Translations under genes and position numbers: made by a program
Shown here: positions 13,531-26,777 of the stretch, one piece after another
How positions within the stretch are numbered: position 1 is the first letter of the stretch
Layout of the letters: the number at the start of each line of letters is the position of its first letter
Notes under the pieces: model-generated
Database searches by the model: none
Seen by the model: the letters and a program-made list of their open reading frames with translations, nothing else
What the model was told of the DNA's origin: nothing
NCBI RefSeq assembly: GCF_018350175.1
Contig: NC_058368.1
Location: 158,102,001-158,166,000 of the forward strand
Origin: Felis catus
Lineage: Eukaryota
Direction of reading: 5' to 3'
DNA: 64,000 nucleotides

Positions 13531-14682
13531 TCCTCATTAGGAAGCAATTCTAAGCTTAGCCAGATTACACTAAGGGAGGCAGGTGTCATCCTGGGCTTCA
13601 GAGACCAATGAAGCTATAAAGCCAGATCCAGTTAATTAGTACAGCTTCCTCCCCACTTGTGGTTCTGTGCTAGTCACCTCTCCTGGCAACCATTGACCCC
13701 CTGTGCTGGGCCTTCCTACTTCCCTTTACACCTCCCTTGAGACCAGAGGAATTACTACACCAAGTAAGTACTTTACTTTTAAAAAATGGGTAAAATGATT
13801 ATTTCTAAGAATTCTTCCATTAAAACCAAGAATTATAGCTTATTAAGATATTCTTTTCCTATGAGAGCTAATAGCATATGTAAGGCTAGTCCAAGTGATT
13901 ATTTCTAGTACCAAGAGATAATAGAAGGCTCTTGTGGTGATGACTAGACCAGGAAAAATATCGCATCCATAGTCATTAATAATATCTTATTCTGTCTGTC
14001 AGTTCTCAGGGCTTGGTTCTCTGAATAACCAGTTCTGTGTTTCTGTTTCTTCTCTGAAAAAATGGGTGTTGGGAATCAAGCCAAGAATCTGTAGCAGGAC
14101 AATTGATATACACCTGATGAATACAGCTCTTCCTGACAGTGAGATCTTCTAGATCTGTCTGATCTATTTCGTGACATTTTATTTGGCAGGTTTAAAAGAG
14201 CAAAATATAGAAAGCTGTCTAGGTTTAGCAGGGAGTCTTACCTCTTTATTATTCCTGTGTTCTCAGGTTGTGTCACGATTTATAATTCATTTTCAACTGA
14301 ACATTCATGGCCTATATTGAAAAAGCCATGTTAATTTCATAAAGTTGGGTCAAGTAAGGATAAAAGGAGAAGATGGAAAGAAAATTTATTTGGGATAGTA
14401 AGCCTATAGATGATTAAGAGTCTTTCAGGAAATGATATATGCCAGTTGAAAGGCACTCATATTGTTTTCTGGACTAAACTATGTTCATAAGTATTAGAGC
14501 ATATGCTTTAATTGAACTACATTTTTAGGTTTCAATGAAGTTTGAAAAATTAAATAAGCAATGAGGAGTTGCTGCAGTATTTTTGAGATCTTTTAAGGTA
14601 ATCTCTAGATGCTTATAAATAAGAAAAACTTTTTGAGATTTTAGTTTTCACTTGAAACTGTATCTATCCACTCTACACACAT

Positions 14683-15360
14683 TTATTCAGTTCCTCCTAT
14701 GCATCAAGGAGTATTTAGCACTGGAAAGCAGTGATAAATATACAACACAGTTCCTACCACTGTGGGCCTCACCATCTAGTAGGAAACATAAAAAATAAAA
14801 TTTAAAAAAAAACATAATAATGTCAAATTTGAAAAATTCCATGAGGACTGGTAATAGAGTACCTAGAGACAGAATATTAATGTGGGAAGGAGGGAGCAAT
14901 TTTATGCAGGGTAACTACCAAAGGCTTCTCTAGGAGACATGTAAAGAAAGGTCTAAGGATGAGAAGAAACTAGCCATACAGATAGAGAGAACAGTCCTGC
15001 AGATGGAAAGAGCCCTTAACCAAGATAGGGAAGACTGAGTAGGGGAAAGAAATTGGAGAGGAGGGATACTGGAAACCAACATTTGAAGTATCTGTGACAA
15101 ATTAGAGAATTCGAGCAGGAAATTGGATAAAGAGCCTGGAGTCTAGAGTTAGATCGGGAGGGAAATACAAATTAGGGAACTACAAGCATGCAGATAAACA
15201 TTTTTAAATGATACAGTGTATAAGATTGCCTAAAAAGAATGTACAGAGTAAAGAGAAACTCTAATATTGTGTTGTCAGTACAGAAAAGGAGCCGGCAAAA
15301 GAGCCCAGCAGGAGAACTGAGAAAGCAGAATGATCTCATAGAAGCCAAAAGAAAAGAGGG
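14683..15360 (-). mobile_element. L2 LINE, 3' part; continues at ~19030-19260 after nested insertions
   Basis: Antisense L2 3' end text ('acagttcctaccactgtgggcctcaccatctagtagg'), purine-rich body. Confidence 0.65.
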
Positions 15361-16607
15361 AGTTACTGGTTAAGGATGGTGGAATGATGAACACATACCT
15401 TTTTCTCTTTCTATACCAAGACTTTCAGAAATGATGGAAACTTAATTTATTTTAAACCATAAACCCACAACAACAAAGAAACGAGGAAGAGCCATAGCTG
15501 GCTTGATTTCAATAATTTCTTGAGAATGAAGGCAAATGGAGGAGTGATGGAATGTGGCAAGAGGAAGCCAGAGCACAGAGAACATGTAGGGGAGAAGGGT
15601 TAAGGACAGACCCAATCTGCCCTCCAGATTCTGGAATAGCCCGGGATATGTCAGGGATGACAGAAAATTGGACTGAGATGAGGGCCTCAACACAGAGTAA
15701 CTGAAAGGAAGTATACATAGTTGTTGCTATGCCACCACACTCACTCCTGAATTCTGAATCTCTGAAGGAAAAAAAAAATCACCTCTATAGAAATTGAAGG
15801 CCTACATTCTCCAGCTTCTAGAAATTACCTACATAGATAACATCTACCTTCCTAATAAGTATCTTAAACTTAATCTAAATCTAAACATGTGAGCTAATAA
15901 GGCCTGTCCGTGTATCCAGAGCATCCAATTAACATTTTATTGACCCATTCTTAAATATGAATAGACTGTTAAAGTTAGATTTTTTTAAAGAAAGTCTCTA
16001 ACATGAAAAAAAAAGAGATCAAGGTGAATCAAAGGTAAAAATGACACTGGAGGAAGTAAAAATTTAATATGTATGAGATAGAAGAAATCTCCAAAAGGTT
16101 TTATTTCATATCAGAGAGATTTGAGAAAACATTACATCTCAACACAAGAAAAGGTTGCTATGAAAAAAGATACAATCAAAACATAGAAAATATGTCTTGA
16201 ATAAATAAATAGGACTACCAAAATAAAAAGATTCAACAGAAGGATAACAAATCAAAATGGGAGAAATAGAAATTAGAACAAAATGTCGAAGGTGTGGCAA
16301 ATTAAATTAGAAATGTAAAAGTAAAACTAAAGAATCTATCAAGGTATTTTCACAACTGACTAATGTAAGTCCTAGAAAACAAATGGTAGATAATAAATTA
16401 TCAAAGAAATAATGCAAGGATATTTCAAATATGACTGAGGGATATGACAGATTTTAAAAGTCTACTAAGTGCTTAGTACGATGAATGGAAAAAAAAGGGG
16501 GGGATCCAGACCTAGGTACATCTTGCTAAAACTTAGAAACACCAAGGATACAAACATAATCTGAAATGTTCTTACATTGGAGGTGTAGAGGAAACAACTT
16601 ATTCAAA

Positions 16608-16616
16608 ACACACACA

Positions 16617-16650
<34 letters not shown>
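16608..16650. repeat. (CA)n microsatellite
   Basis: Direct reading. Confidence 0.97.
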
Positions 16651-17049
16651 AGAATCACCCCATCAGACTTTGCAGTAGCAACACTAATTACTAGAAGACA
16701 ATGGAACAACATGAAATTTTGAGGGAAAATGAATTTTTAAACTATAACTTTCTATCTAGCTAAACCATCATGTGTAAAAGTAGAATTAAGACACTTTATA
16801 TATGCAAGGACTCAGAAAAAAAGTTACCTCCCATATAACTATCTTTATATTGTAACAAAACAAGGGAAACAACACCAAAAGATGATAGAGGATCCATAAA
16901 ACAGGAGCTCTAACCCACAACTGTGAAAAGAAGTCTCAGGATTTTTGCCCAGAGAGAATTAAGTACAAGGGTCCTCAGAGGAAAGTCTCCAGGACCAGAC
17001 TAGATTAATGACTCTCAAATTGGCTGCACCAAGCCCTCAGGAACGCAGG

Positions 17050-17930
17050 GCTGTTTTCAGCCCTTTTGCATGTCTTTGACATTTGCATTGATTACACATA
17101 AGCAATGGTGGTTAAAAGTGCTGACACTTTTGCCATAGATCAGTGCAGGTACTGCTTGGTACCTGTGAGGCACTAAATTCTTCTCTGCCTTGAACTTTGG
17201 TTATAAAGAGGGAAAAAAAAGCCAACTTTTATTTAAGGATGTCATTGATGAAGTTGTAAAAATTATTTTATTCATCTTGACCCTTGAGTACATGTCTTTT
17301 TAATATTCCCTGCATCAAAGAAGGGTGTATAATCCTGTCTCCCCCAGTATGAAGATGTTCTTAGTGATAAGCACTTGTACACCTGTTTCACTTGGGAGCT
17401 GAGTTAGATGCTTTAACCATAGACACCATTTCTACTTGACTGAACAACTGATAGACGAACTATGGTTATTTGAACTTAATGTTTTGGCAGACATTTCCTA
17501 AAATAAGTGAAATGAGACCATTACTTCAAAGAAAACAATAGAAACTTTGTATTGCCACTGATAAATTACAAACTTCCAAGGAGAAATTAGATTTTGGCAA
17601 ACTTTTATCTACTACTGTGAACCTGACAAATTCCCAAACTTTCCTGATAAGATCAATGATGATATTAACAAATGTTATTGTTGATATTATAAAATGTTTC
17701 AACATTTGGAAGATCTTCATAATTCATTGAATCAGCATTTTCTAAACAATTAATGCATAATGTTATAACATCATACATGAGTAAAAGAACTGTTTGAAGT
17801 ATAGATATCTCAATAGATACTAAAGTAGAGTGAAAAAACTTCAATTGTGTGATGTCAGATCCATATTATAATTAACTTTTAAGAAATGTTATTTGCCCTT
17901 TTTGGTGAAATATGAAAGAAAATATTCTCA
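17050..17930 (+). mobile_element. Charlie1-type hAT DNA transposon fragment (decayed transposase sequence)
   Basis: 'actatggttatttgaactt...ttggcagacatttt...cttcaaagaaaacaa...gaaattagattttggcaaactt...caacatttggaagatcttcataattca' matches recalled Charlie1. Confidence 0.8.
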
Positions 17931-18471
17931 TTGGGACTTATTAGTTCTTCAAGTGAACAAACATTTACAAAGTCACAGTAATGTAAACATTTTATTGATT
18001 TGCAATTTTTAGAATCAACTTATTGGCTTAATTATTGTTACAAAACTAGTGGTAAATAGTATTAGCCTTGTCAATTCAACAGAGTAAGTGCAGAAGGCAG
18101 AAAGTGAAAGGTAGAAGTAGGAAGGAGAGATAAAGAATAGGTCAGAAACACTAATTTCCTTACCTTACAGAGTATCAAAAGATGCTACCAATAGTTGATG
18201 GAATAAGAATTTGAAAGTGTTGGATTTTACTAACCCATGTAGGAAAATGACAATTACCATAGCAAATATTATTCTATTGAAAGAATGGTAGAGGGAGGAA
18301 TGGGAATAATGCAAGGGAAGTAAATTCTCATTTATTATCACAAAAGTAATGAGAAAATCAAGAAATTTTAAAATGTCATTTAGGAATGAGCTAACTACCA
18401 TGAGAAACAGCTTTTTAAAATTAGAATCTGTTGCCTCTGGGGAGCAGGGCAAGGCATGGGATATGGTGGCA

Positions 18472-18604
18472 TAGGTTGCCAGATAAAGTACAGGATACTC
18501 AGTTAAATCTGAATTTCAGATAAATAACAAAAATACTTTTCTAGTTTTTCTTAATTTATTTATTTTGAGAGAGAGAGAAGGAGAGAGAATGAGTGATCAG
18601 GGGA

Positions 18605-18650
<46 letters not shown>

Positions 18651-18912
18651 CCCAAGTAGGTTCCACACTGTCAGCGCAGAGCCCAACATGGGGCTCAAAC
18701 TCACGAACCGTGAGGTCATGACCTGAGCCAAAATCAAAAGTCAGACACTTAACCAACTAAGCCACCCAGGCACCCCCAAAAATACTTTTTAATAAAAATG
18801 TGTCGTCAATAGTGCATGGGATATACTTATACTAAAAAAGTATGCATTGTTTTTCTGAAACTCTTGTGTAACTGGATGTCCAGTATTTGTATTTATTAAA
18901 TCTAACAACCAT
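18472..18912. mobile_element. MER53 palindromic hAT MITE split by a CanSINE
   Basis: Left arm 'ggttgccagataaagtacaggatactcagttaaatctgaatttcagata'; right arm 'tctgaaactc...taactggatgtccagtattt...tctaacaacc'. Confidence 0.8.
18541..18776 (-). mobile_element. CanSINE (SINEC_Fc-like)
   Basis: Antisense head ...gccacccaggcacccc, (GA)n; TSD caaaaatactttt at 18528-18540 and 18777-18789. Confidence 0.96.
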
Positions 18913-19925
18913 ATACACTGTTTTTGTCTTTTGGTTTTTGTTTTTAATGATGGGCTTTTTTCATGTTTAAATATTTTAGCCATATGTTAAATATCCATAT
19001 ATTGAAAAGAGAAGGAGGCAGAGGAGGAAGAAGAGGATGGACCAACGGTGTCCAGTGCCAGTGAAAATTGAATACATGAAGTTGTAGACATGTCTATTAT
19101 ATATGGCCCCATGTAGAGAGCAATGGTATCTTTGACAAGAAGAGATTTAGTGGAGTGATGGAGCTGGAAGTGGACTGTTGTGGATTAATATGTGAATTAA
19201 GGAGTGGTAATTATAAAAGATCAAAGTAAGGCACAGTTATGAGATTTGACGAAAGTTCATGGATTACAGGAGTGTTGTTACATTTTTCTTTCTGCATATC
19301 ACACATCTCAAAGTAATGCTTTTTTGAGCTGTCATTTCAAATCCGTGCAACATTAGAAGAATATTAAATTATAACAATAATATGGGATAATTGTACAGGA
19401 AATTCCCCAACCACCCACCCCCAAATATCAGGGTAAGTAAGGGTCTGACCTTCTGGTGGAGGGATGTTTGTAACAATGTGAACATTCCTTATAAAAAAGG
19501 GGGAAATGAGTAAAAATATAGTGATTTACTATACATTTAAGTCAGATATGGGGCTGGAATGGGAACTTATAATCCCTTTCTCATTGATTAAAGTTACTAA
19601 ATCAGCCTACCTTTTTTCATTAGAACTGGAAGTCTCTCAGATAATTTAAACCTACCCATTGCTTGAATTTAGCATATAACATATAAAAGGTCTTAGGGAA
19701 ATAGAAGTATGACTGAGACATGGAGACTGCTTCCAAGCAAGAGAAGGTTTCAATACGGTGGCTAGAATAATCAAGCTTCCCCTAACTACCAACTGGTTTA
19801 TTGGCTTCATGTCATATTGAAACCTACCCTTGCTGAGCTCTGTTCCACATACTCTAAACCCAACTCAGTCATTGTGCTTCACTTCCCCCAAAAGCCCCTC
19901 TCAGAACTGGATTTGAAGTGGATTC

Positions 19926-20255
19926 TTTTTTTTTAATATGAAATTTATTGTCAAATTGGTATCCATACAACACCCAGTGCTCATCCCAACAGGTGCCCTC
20001 CTCAATACCCATCACCCACCCTTCCCTCTCTCCCACCCCCTGTCAACCCTCACTTTGTTCTCAGTTTTTAAGAGTCTCTTATGTTTTGGCTCCCTCCCTC
20101 TCTAACCTTTTTTTTTCCTTCCCCTCCCCCATGGGTTTCTTTTAAGTTTCTCAGGATCCACATAAGACTGAAAACATATGGTATGTGTCTTTCTCTGTAT
20201 GACTTATTTCACTTAGCATCACACTCTCCAGTTCCATCCACGTTGCTACAAAAGG
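19926..20255 (-). mobile_element. Short felid-type L1 (L1_Fc-like) 3' end
   Basis: Poly-T, then 'aatatgaaatttattgtcaaattggt...acaacacccagtgctcatcccaacaggtgccctcctcaat', characteristic of cat L1 3'UTR antisense. Confidence 0.85.
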
Positions 20256-22194
20256 ACATAAAACCAACCTGTCTCTTTTCAACAGATTGCCTAAAAATGT
20301 CTAAACACATTTTTCTCTAATTAAAACAATATGCAAGCCATCCTCCCCCCATTTAGGCTTTCTAAATACTCTCTGTTCCCCTTCAGCTGTACTATGGTTT
20401 TAAAAAGCCATCTAATTTTTACTACTGGAGTCACATATATGTATGATGATCTATTGATGGCCTTGAGATGACAACTAATTAAAACACTTTGATTATTTTA
20501 TTTCTGTGAGCAATAGGAGAAAAATTTAAAAAATTCCTTTTCAACTCTCATAGCAAATGACTCATTATTTACTCTCCAAAGAGGTTAATTTCTTCTCATT
20601 TCTCTTTCTTCCACGTTACCTATAGATTCTGCCATATTGGAAGCAGTAGGGAAATGAAAGAATAGCCCCAACAGGTAGATGACTTTCTCTTCCTTTGTTC
20701 TGGAGGTGCCACTTCCAGGAATAATCTGATTGTCTCTGAGCTTCCTTTATGTCCACACTGATCATCTCAGCTCTTCCTCTAAGATATCTTCCTGTAGCAT
20801 CTTTCATTCTTCCAGCCCTATCTCCTATTTGACCTCTCTCTTCTTAATCCCTCTAGCAAGCTGCTCTCTCTGTCCTCCCCCTCAGCCCTCTGCAAGGCCC
20901 GCCCAGATCATGTAACTTACACACAAGGCAAGAATTGATTAAACAACAGCCAGCCAAAGAAGGTTTCATTAGACAAACTAGGGTCACCTGGTGTCCTTCA
21001 AACCTTCCAGTGAGTAGTTTTCTTTCAACCACAGAGGTTAAGAGTGGTGTCAGGTTCTAGGGATGGATTCTTTGACTCTTTGAAGGGATATAATTGCCAG
21101 TTGATTTGAAGTGTTTAGGAAAGTTAGGTCAGTGAATAGCAATTCATACAAACATAAAATTATATAAGGATATATGGATGTGGTCCTTATATTATGCCTA
21201 TTTATAAAAGGAGAATTATTCTTCTCCTATATTCATCTGTCAGAAAAGATAATGGTTGAAAAGCCTTTTGGAAACCTACTGCTTTGGAACTCACTTAAAG
21301 GCATATAGATTAATAATAGCAAACACAGGGCCGTCAAAGTATATGACCAATAGCCTAAAAAACATTGGAAAATATTATTAAACTTTGGAACAACTCTTGT
21401 ATTTCTGGATTGATAACATGATCAAAATCAATGGGCAAACCAGAAGGTGTTCAAATAGCTAAATGATCCTAAACTAACTTCAACCTGAAATTTTGCAACA
21501 TGGGTATTTTGAAATCAAAAGGAACAAAAAAGGTAGTATTGAATTACTACATCATCAGTCACATATAAGACCTCCCATACCTCCTTCAGCTATATGGTCT
21601 TCTGGTCAGAAATCGAATAACCTTTGAGATATTGTCTCTGTTTCCCACATTAGACTGAAATATTAGGTTACTGCACTCTGGAAATCTAGGGCCTTAAACG
21701 ATCCTCAGGAAGTGAAGATGAAAAATCAATATTAAGTGACTCATAGAGGCACCGTTTTTAATGGTTCTGCTGCTGTCATGTCACCCTAAGAGGAAGCTCT
21801 TCTTATTTGGTCAATACAGTGACACCACATCATTTTGAATTTTATATGAAAAAGACCACAGAACTTTCATTATAATGATTCTGCTAGATTGGTCCCATTA
21901 GCCACTAACATTTTCAGTTAAAGTAAATGTAGACTCTGTTCTCTATTATTTGTATTTTCTCATAAAATATGCATGAAGACAATCACAGCAAATGTCAAAA
22001 TATCACCCTTTTAAAATTCAGCAGTATGACTCATGGTGTTCAAAACTAAGTAAAATATATGGAATGGCTGAGGAAACTGGCAAAACTTGAAAGTCAAAGT
22101 CTTAGGACAACATACATGCCTATTTGAATGGACAATGAAATCCTTATATCATGCTTATTGTTTGAAAATGAAAAAGTGGGATGGTGATAGCTTA

Positions 22195-23285
22195 TATTCT
22201 GTTATTTGGTTCTTAAATGTTAGGAATTGTGTATATTGTTGATTAATTGACCCCCTTATCATTATGAAGTGATATTCTTTTTCCTGAGTGATAGTCCTTG
22301 CTCTGAAACCTACCTTGATGTTAATATAGCCATTCCAGCTTTCTTTTGATTAATGTTAACATGTCATATCATTTCTACCTTTTTACTTTTAACCTGTTTA
22401 TGAATTTTTTATTATTTATCTACTTATTTTTAGAGAGACAGAGAGAGCATGAGCAGGGGAGGGGCAGAGACACAGACGGAGAGAGAGAACCTCAAACAGG
22501 CTCTGCGCTGTCAGCTTGAACCCATGTGAGGCTTGAACCCATGAACTCTGAGATCATGACCTGAGCCAAAAACCAGGAGTTGAACGTTTAAAACTGACTG
22601 AGCCACCTAGGAGCCCCAAACCTGGCTATGTTTTTATATTAAAAGTTTGGACTTCCTTTCTATACAATCTGAAAGTCTTTGCCTTTAATTGGTGTATTTA
22701 CACCATTTACATTTAGTGTGAATATTGATATCATTAGATTTAAATCTGCCACTTTGTTTTCTATTTTGACTCATCCATACTATGTTCCTTTTTCTCTTTT
22801 TTTCCTGCATCTTCATGGATTAAATGAATATTTTTATTATTTAATTTCTTTTTTGGTTCATTAGATATAACTCTTGTTATTTTAATAGTTGTTTTAGGAT
22901 TTATAGTATGCATCTTTATCTTATAACAGTACACTTTTAAATATGTATAGAATAAAAGTCTTACAATAGTTCATTCTCATTTCTCCCCTTCTGGCCTTTA
23001 TGCTGTTGTTGGCATTAAATTTATACATATGTTGTAAACTTCACAATATATTTTTATTTTTGTTTCAAACGGTCAATTATTTTTAAAAGATATTTAAATA
23101 ATAAGGAACAATTCAACCCAATGAGTTACCATTTTTGTTGCTTTTCATTCCTTTGTATAGATCTGAATTTGCATCTGGTATCATTCTCCTTCTGCCTGAA
23201 AGATCTTTGGCATTTTTTTGTAGCACATGTCTGATGTTGGATTCATTCAGATTTTGTAAGTCTCAAAAACTATTTTTTCTCCCAG
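22195..23285 (-). mobile_element. Old L1M fragment (ORF2 5'/inter-ORF region)
   Basis: 'attgacccccttatcattatgaag...ttaatatagccattccagctttcttttgattaatgtt', antisense L1 endonuclease-region text. Confidence 0.75.
22404..22617 (-). mobile_element. CanSINE inserted in L1M
   Basis: Antisense SINE; imperfect TSD aacctgtttatg / aacctggctatg. Confidence 0.93.
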
Positions 23286-25650
23286 TATTTTTTAATAGAC
23301 TTTAGGTTTTAAACTGTTTTTGATTTACAAAAAATAAGCAAATACTACAGAAAGTTCTCATATATCTCCCCCTACTCAGTTTCCCCTATTATTGACCTCT
23401 TATAATCTTATGGGGCATTTGTTACAATTAATTAAACCATACTGATATGTCATTATTAACTAAAATCCATGGTTTATTCAGCTTTCCTGAATGTCCTTAT
23501 CCTATTTCAGGATCTCACCCAAGGTAATACATAACTTGTAGTTCTCAGGTTTCCTTAGGTGTCTCTCAGTTTAGTGACTTTCTCAAACTGTCCTTATTTT
23601 TTTTATGAACTTGACAGTTTTGAAGAGTACTGGTCATGTATATTGTTGGATGCTCCTCTATTGGAAATTGTCTGATATTTTTCTCATGATTAGACTGGGG
23701 TTATGCATTTTGGGGAAAAAGAGCACAAAGGTAACTGACATTTTCATCATATTATACCAAAGTTGTATATTATCAATATTATTCATCACTGATGACATTG
23801 TCTTTGATCACCTGGCTGAAGTAGTGTTTGTCAGGTTTCTCCACTGTAAAGTTACTCTTTTTGTCCCCTTTCCACACTGTACTCTTTGGGAGGAAGTCAC
23901 AATGTAGAGAACACACATAAAGATTGGGAGTTCTACTGCTCCATGTGCTTTAGAAAGCAGTATCTACATAATTTATCTGGAATTTCTCTATATGAGAGAT
24001 TCGTCTCTTCTCTCTCATTTGTTTAATCATATATTTGTATCAGTATGGGCTCATTAATACCTGTTTAATATTTTGGGTTATAATTCAGTAGTACTTTATT
24101 TATTTTATAGCTTGAATTGTTCCAGCTTTGGCTACTAGGTGCTCTTTCATTTGGCTCTTGTGCCCCTTTACCATATATCGATGTGATTGATTTTGAGTAG
24201 TTCCTTATTTCTGGCACTGTAAGATGCCAAGCTGCTCTAAGCTCATCTTGTATACTCTGTACCCCAGTCCTAGAAACAGCCTTTTTCCCAAAAGCCCTGC
24301 TTCCTTTTATTGGAGAATAGCATTGGAAATCAAGATCTGGGTGCTAGGTGTACTCATGTTAATGGGATGTCATTTCATTTATATCCTTTCAGCTGACAGA
24401 GCAACGAAATTATGTGTATATACTAACATGTGTATATACACATATATATAAATATATGTAATAATCTGTGTCTGTATTAAATTAGACAAAGTTCTTACTG
24501 ATATTTCCATTACGAAATGGATTATTCTAGCCTATTCCTCTTGTTGACCTGTATATTTCTAGTCCAACAGTGAAAAGCCTGGACCCCACCATCTGCCATC
24601 CATTTACTTATTCTTTAATTCCAGTACACACATATAGCAGTAACAGAATTGTTAATCCATACCCCCATGAAGAAAATTTTGTTGACTCAACTCAGTTATG
24701 AGTTATGTATAGTTCTTTTTGCCTTTAGTCTTTAAAACACCATTCATTTCCAACATTTCTTAGGTCAGCACATTTTTCTTCAGTCCTTCCTTGGAGGTTG
24801 TTTCATACATTTGCAATGTATCTACATCCTCTTGTCACATACAATCTGCATTCTATCTTGGAATCCCCTGACCTCCTAAATGATTTTTTTCCTTTATAAA
24901 TTAAGATTTTTTTCTTTATGTTGTAAACTTCTATTTGATATAACAAACACGTAATGCCACATATCCACTATAACAGCATTATAAAGAATAACTTCACTGC
25001 CCTAAAGATCCCCTACATTTCACCTATTCAATCCTCTCTACTCCTACAAACCCTTAGCAGGCAGTGAATTATTTTATTGTCTGTATAGTTTTGTCTTTCC
25101 AGAATGTCATATAATTGGAATCATAGAGTATATGGCCATTTAAGACTGATTTCTTTCACTTGGCAATATTATTTATGATTCTTCCATGTCTTTTGTGGCT
25201 TGGTAGGTTATTTTTTTCAATTATATTATAGAATAATATTCCATTGTATAGATATACCAAAGCTTATCCGTTTATCTGTTGAAAAACATCTTGGTTGCTT
25301 CTGGTTTCGGGCAATTATGAATACAGTTGCTATAGACATTCATGGGTGGACATGCTTTAAACTCAACTGGGTAAATACCTAGGAGTGTAATTGATGGATA
25401 CTATGTTAAGACAAGACTATGCTTAGTCTTGCAATAAACTGTTAAACTGTCTTCCAAAGTGGGCTGCATTTTGTATTTCCACCAGCAATAAATGAGAGTT
25501 CTTGTTGCTGCATATCATCATCAGTATTTCATGTTGCCAGTTTTGGAATTCTAGCCATCCTAATAGTTGTGTAGTGGTTTTCATTTTCAATTCCCTAATG
25601 ACAAATGATGTTGAGGCATCTTTTTACATACTTACTTGCCAACTATATAT
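23286..25650 (-). mobile_element. L1MC/L1MD-type 3' portion (long 3'UTR plus ORF2 end)
   Basis: 'ttaatagacttta...tgatttacaaaaaa...acagaaagttctcatatatc' 3' end; ORF2-end text at 25050-25640. Confidence 0.8.
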
Positions 25651-26579
25651 TAACACAATAGTGTTCACCAGAACAGCCTTAGTAAGAGGAAGTTGATGTT
25701 GTTAAGTCTGTGCATAGCCTGTACCCATGCCACTCCACCATTTACCTCATAGGCCCATTGAGCAAGCACTGAAGTGGCTGGGGAAAGAGGCTGACTGACA
25801 TGCAGAGTGCATCATTTTCTTCAGCTGATCATTAAGAGCCTCCTTTGGTAACCATTTAGTTGGGACATTATATCTTCACTGTTTGGGCCCATTCACTATT
25901 TTTAGTTCAGCCACATATCTCCTCCGCAGACTTCTGTGTCACCAATCTGCTGGTCTTATTCCTTCCAAGTTGCCTATAATGGGCCAAATAGCTACTGCCA
26001 ATTAATACATCCATTTTTTCTGGCCATCTCTTACTAATGGAAAACTGTACAACTAAATTTACTGCTTATAGTTCTGCCCACCATTACTGATTTTCCTTCA
26101 CTACTGTCCTGCAAGTCTATTCCTAAGAGTGACTATGGTGCTGCAGCTGCCCATTTGGGGTCATATCAACATAATATGCAGACTCATCTGTAAACCCAGG
26201 GTTTTTTTTCTTTTGCTTCCTCAGATAGTTGGTCATTAAGAATATCCTACGTGACCAAAGTCATGAATTGAGAGAGAGAAAACCATGCAACACTGTTAAA
26301 GTTTTCTGAGCCACCTGTTTAGCTTACTTGGATCTTCCCAAGCGTGGTCTCATATTCCATTTCTATTTGATGATATATTGCTTTGGTACACACTCAAAGT
26401 TATGGTTGGGTGGATCAGAAACACCCAGATCATGATGGAAAGCTCAGGACACATGGTCTTCTGATGTCACATGGTCAAGAATTCAATCTCTCTATCAAGG
26501 CTTATAAGAAAGTTAGAAGTTGTTTCTCAAAATGAAAATAGTTATCTGAAAAAAATTACTCTAAAATCTTAGGAGTCTC

Positions 26580-26746
26580 AGGGCTCCTGGGTGGCTCAGT
26601 TGGTTAAGCATCCAACTTTTGATTTCAGCTCAGGACATGATCTCACAGTGATGGAATTGAGCCCTGTGTCCATGCAGAGCATGAAGCCTGCTTAAGATTT
26701 TCTCTCTCCCTCTGCCCCTGCCTGTGTGTATATGATGCAGTACGTA

Positions 26747-26776
<30 letters not shown>
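26580..26776 (+). mobile_element. CanSINE with (AATC)n tail, inserted in ERV-L
   Basis: gggctcctgggtggctcag head; TSD taaaatcttagg(a/c)gtct at 26562-26578 and 26777-26793. Confidence 0.93.

Positions 26777-26777
<1 letters not shown>

Larger units (their letters stand above)
15361..19000 (+). mobile_element. HAL1-like (ORF1-only L1 relative) element, interrupted by (CA)n, Charlie1 and MER53
   Basis: 5' 'ttactggttaaggatggtgg'; decayed ORF1-like text 16300-16830 ('catcagactttgcagtagcaacacta...agaagacaatggaac'); no ORF2 text seen; 3' part 17930-18470. Confidence 0.6.
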
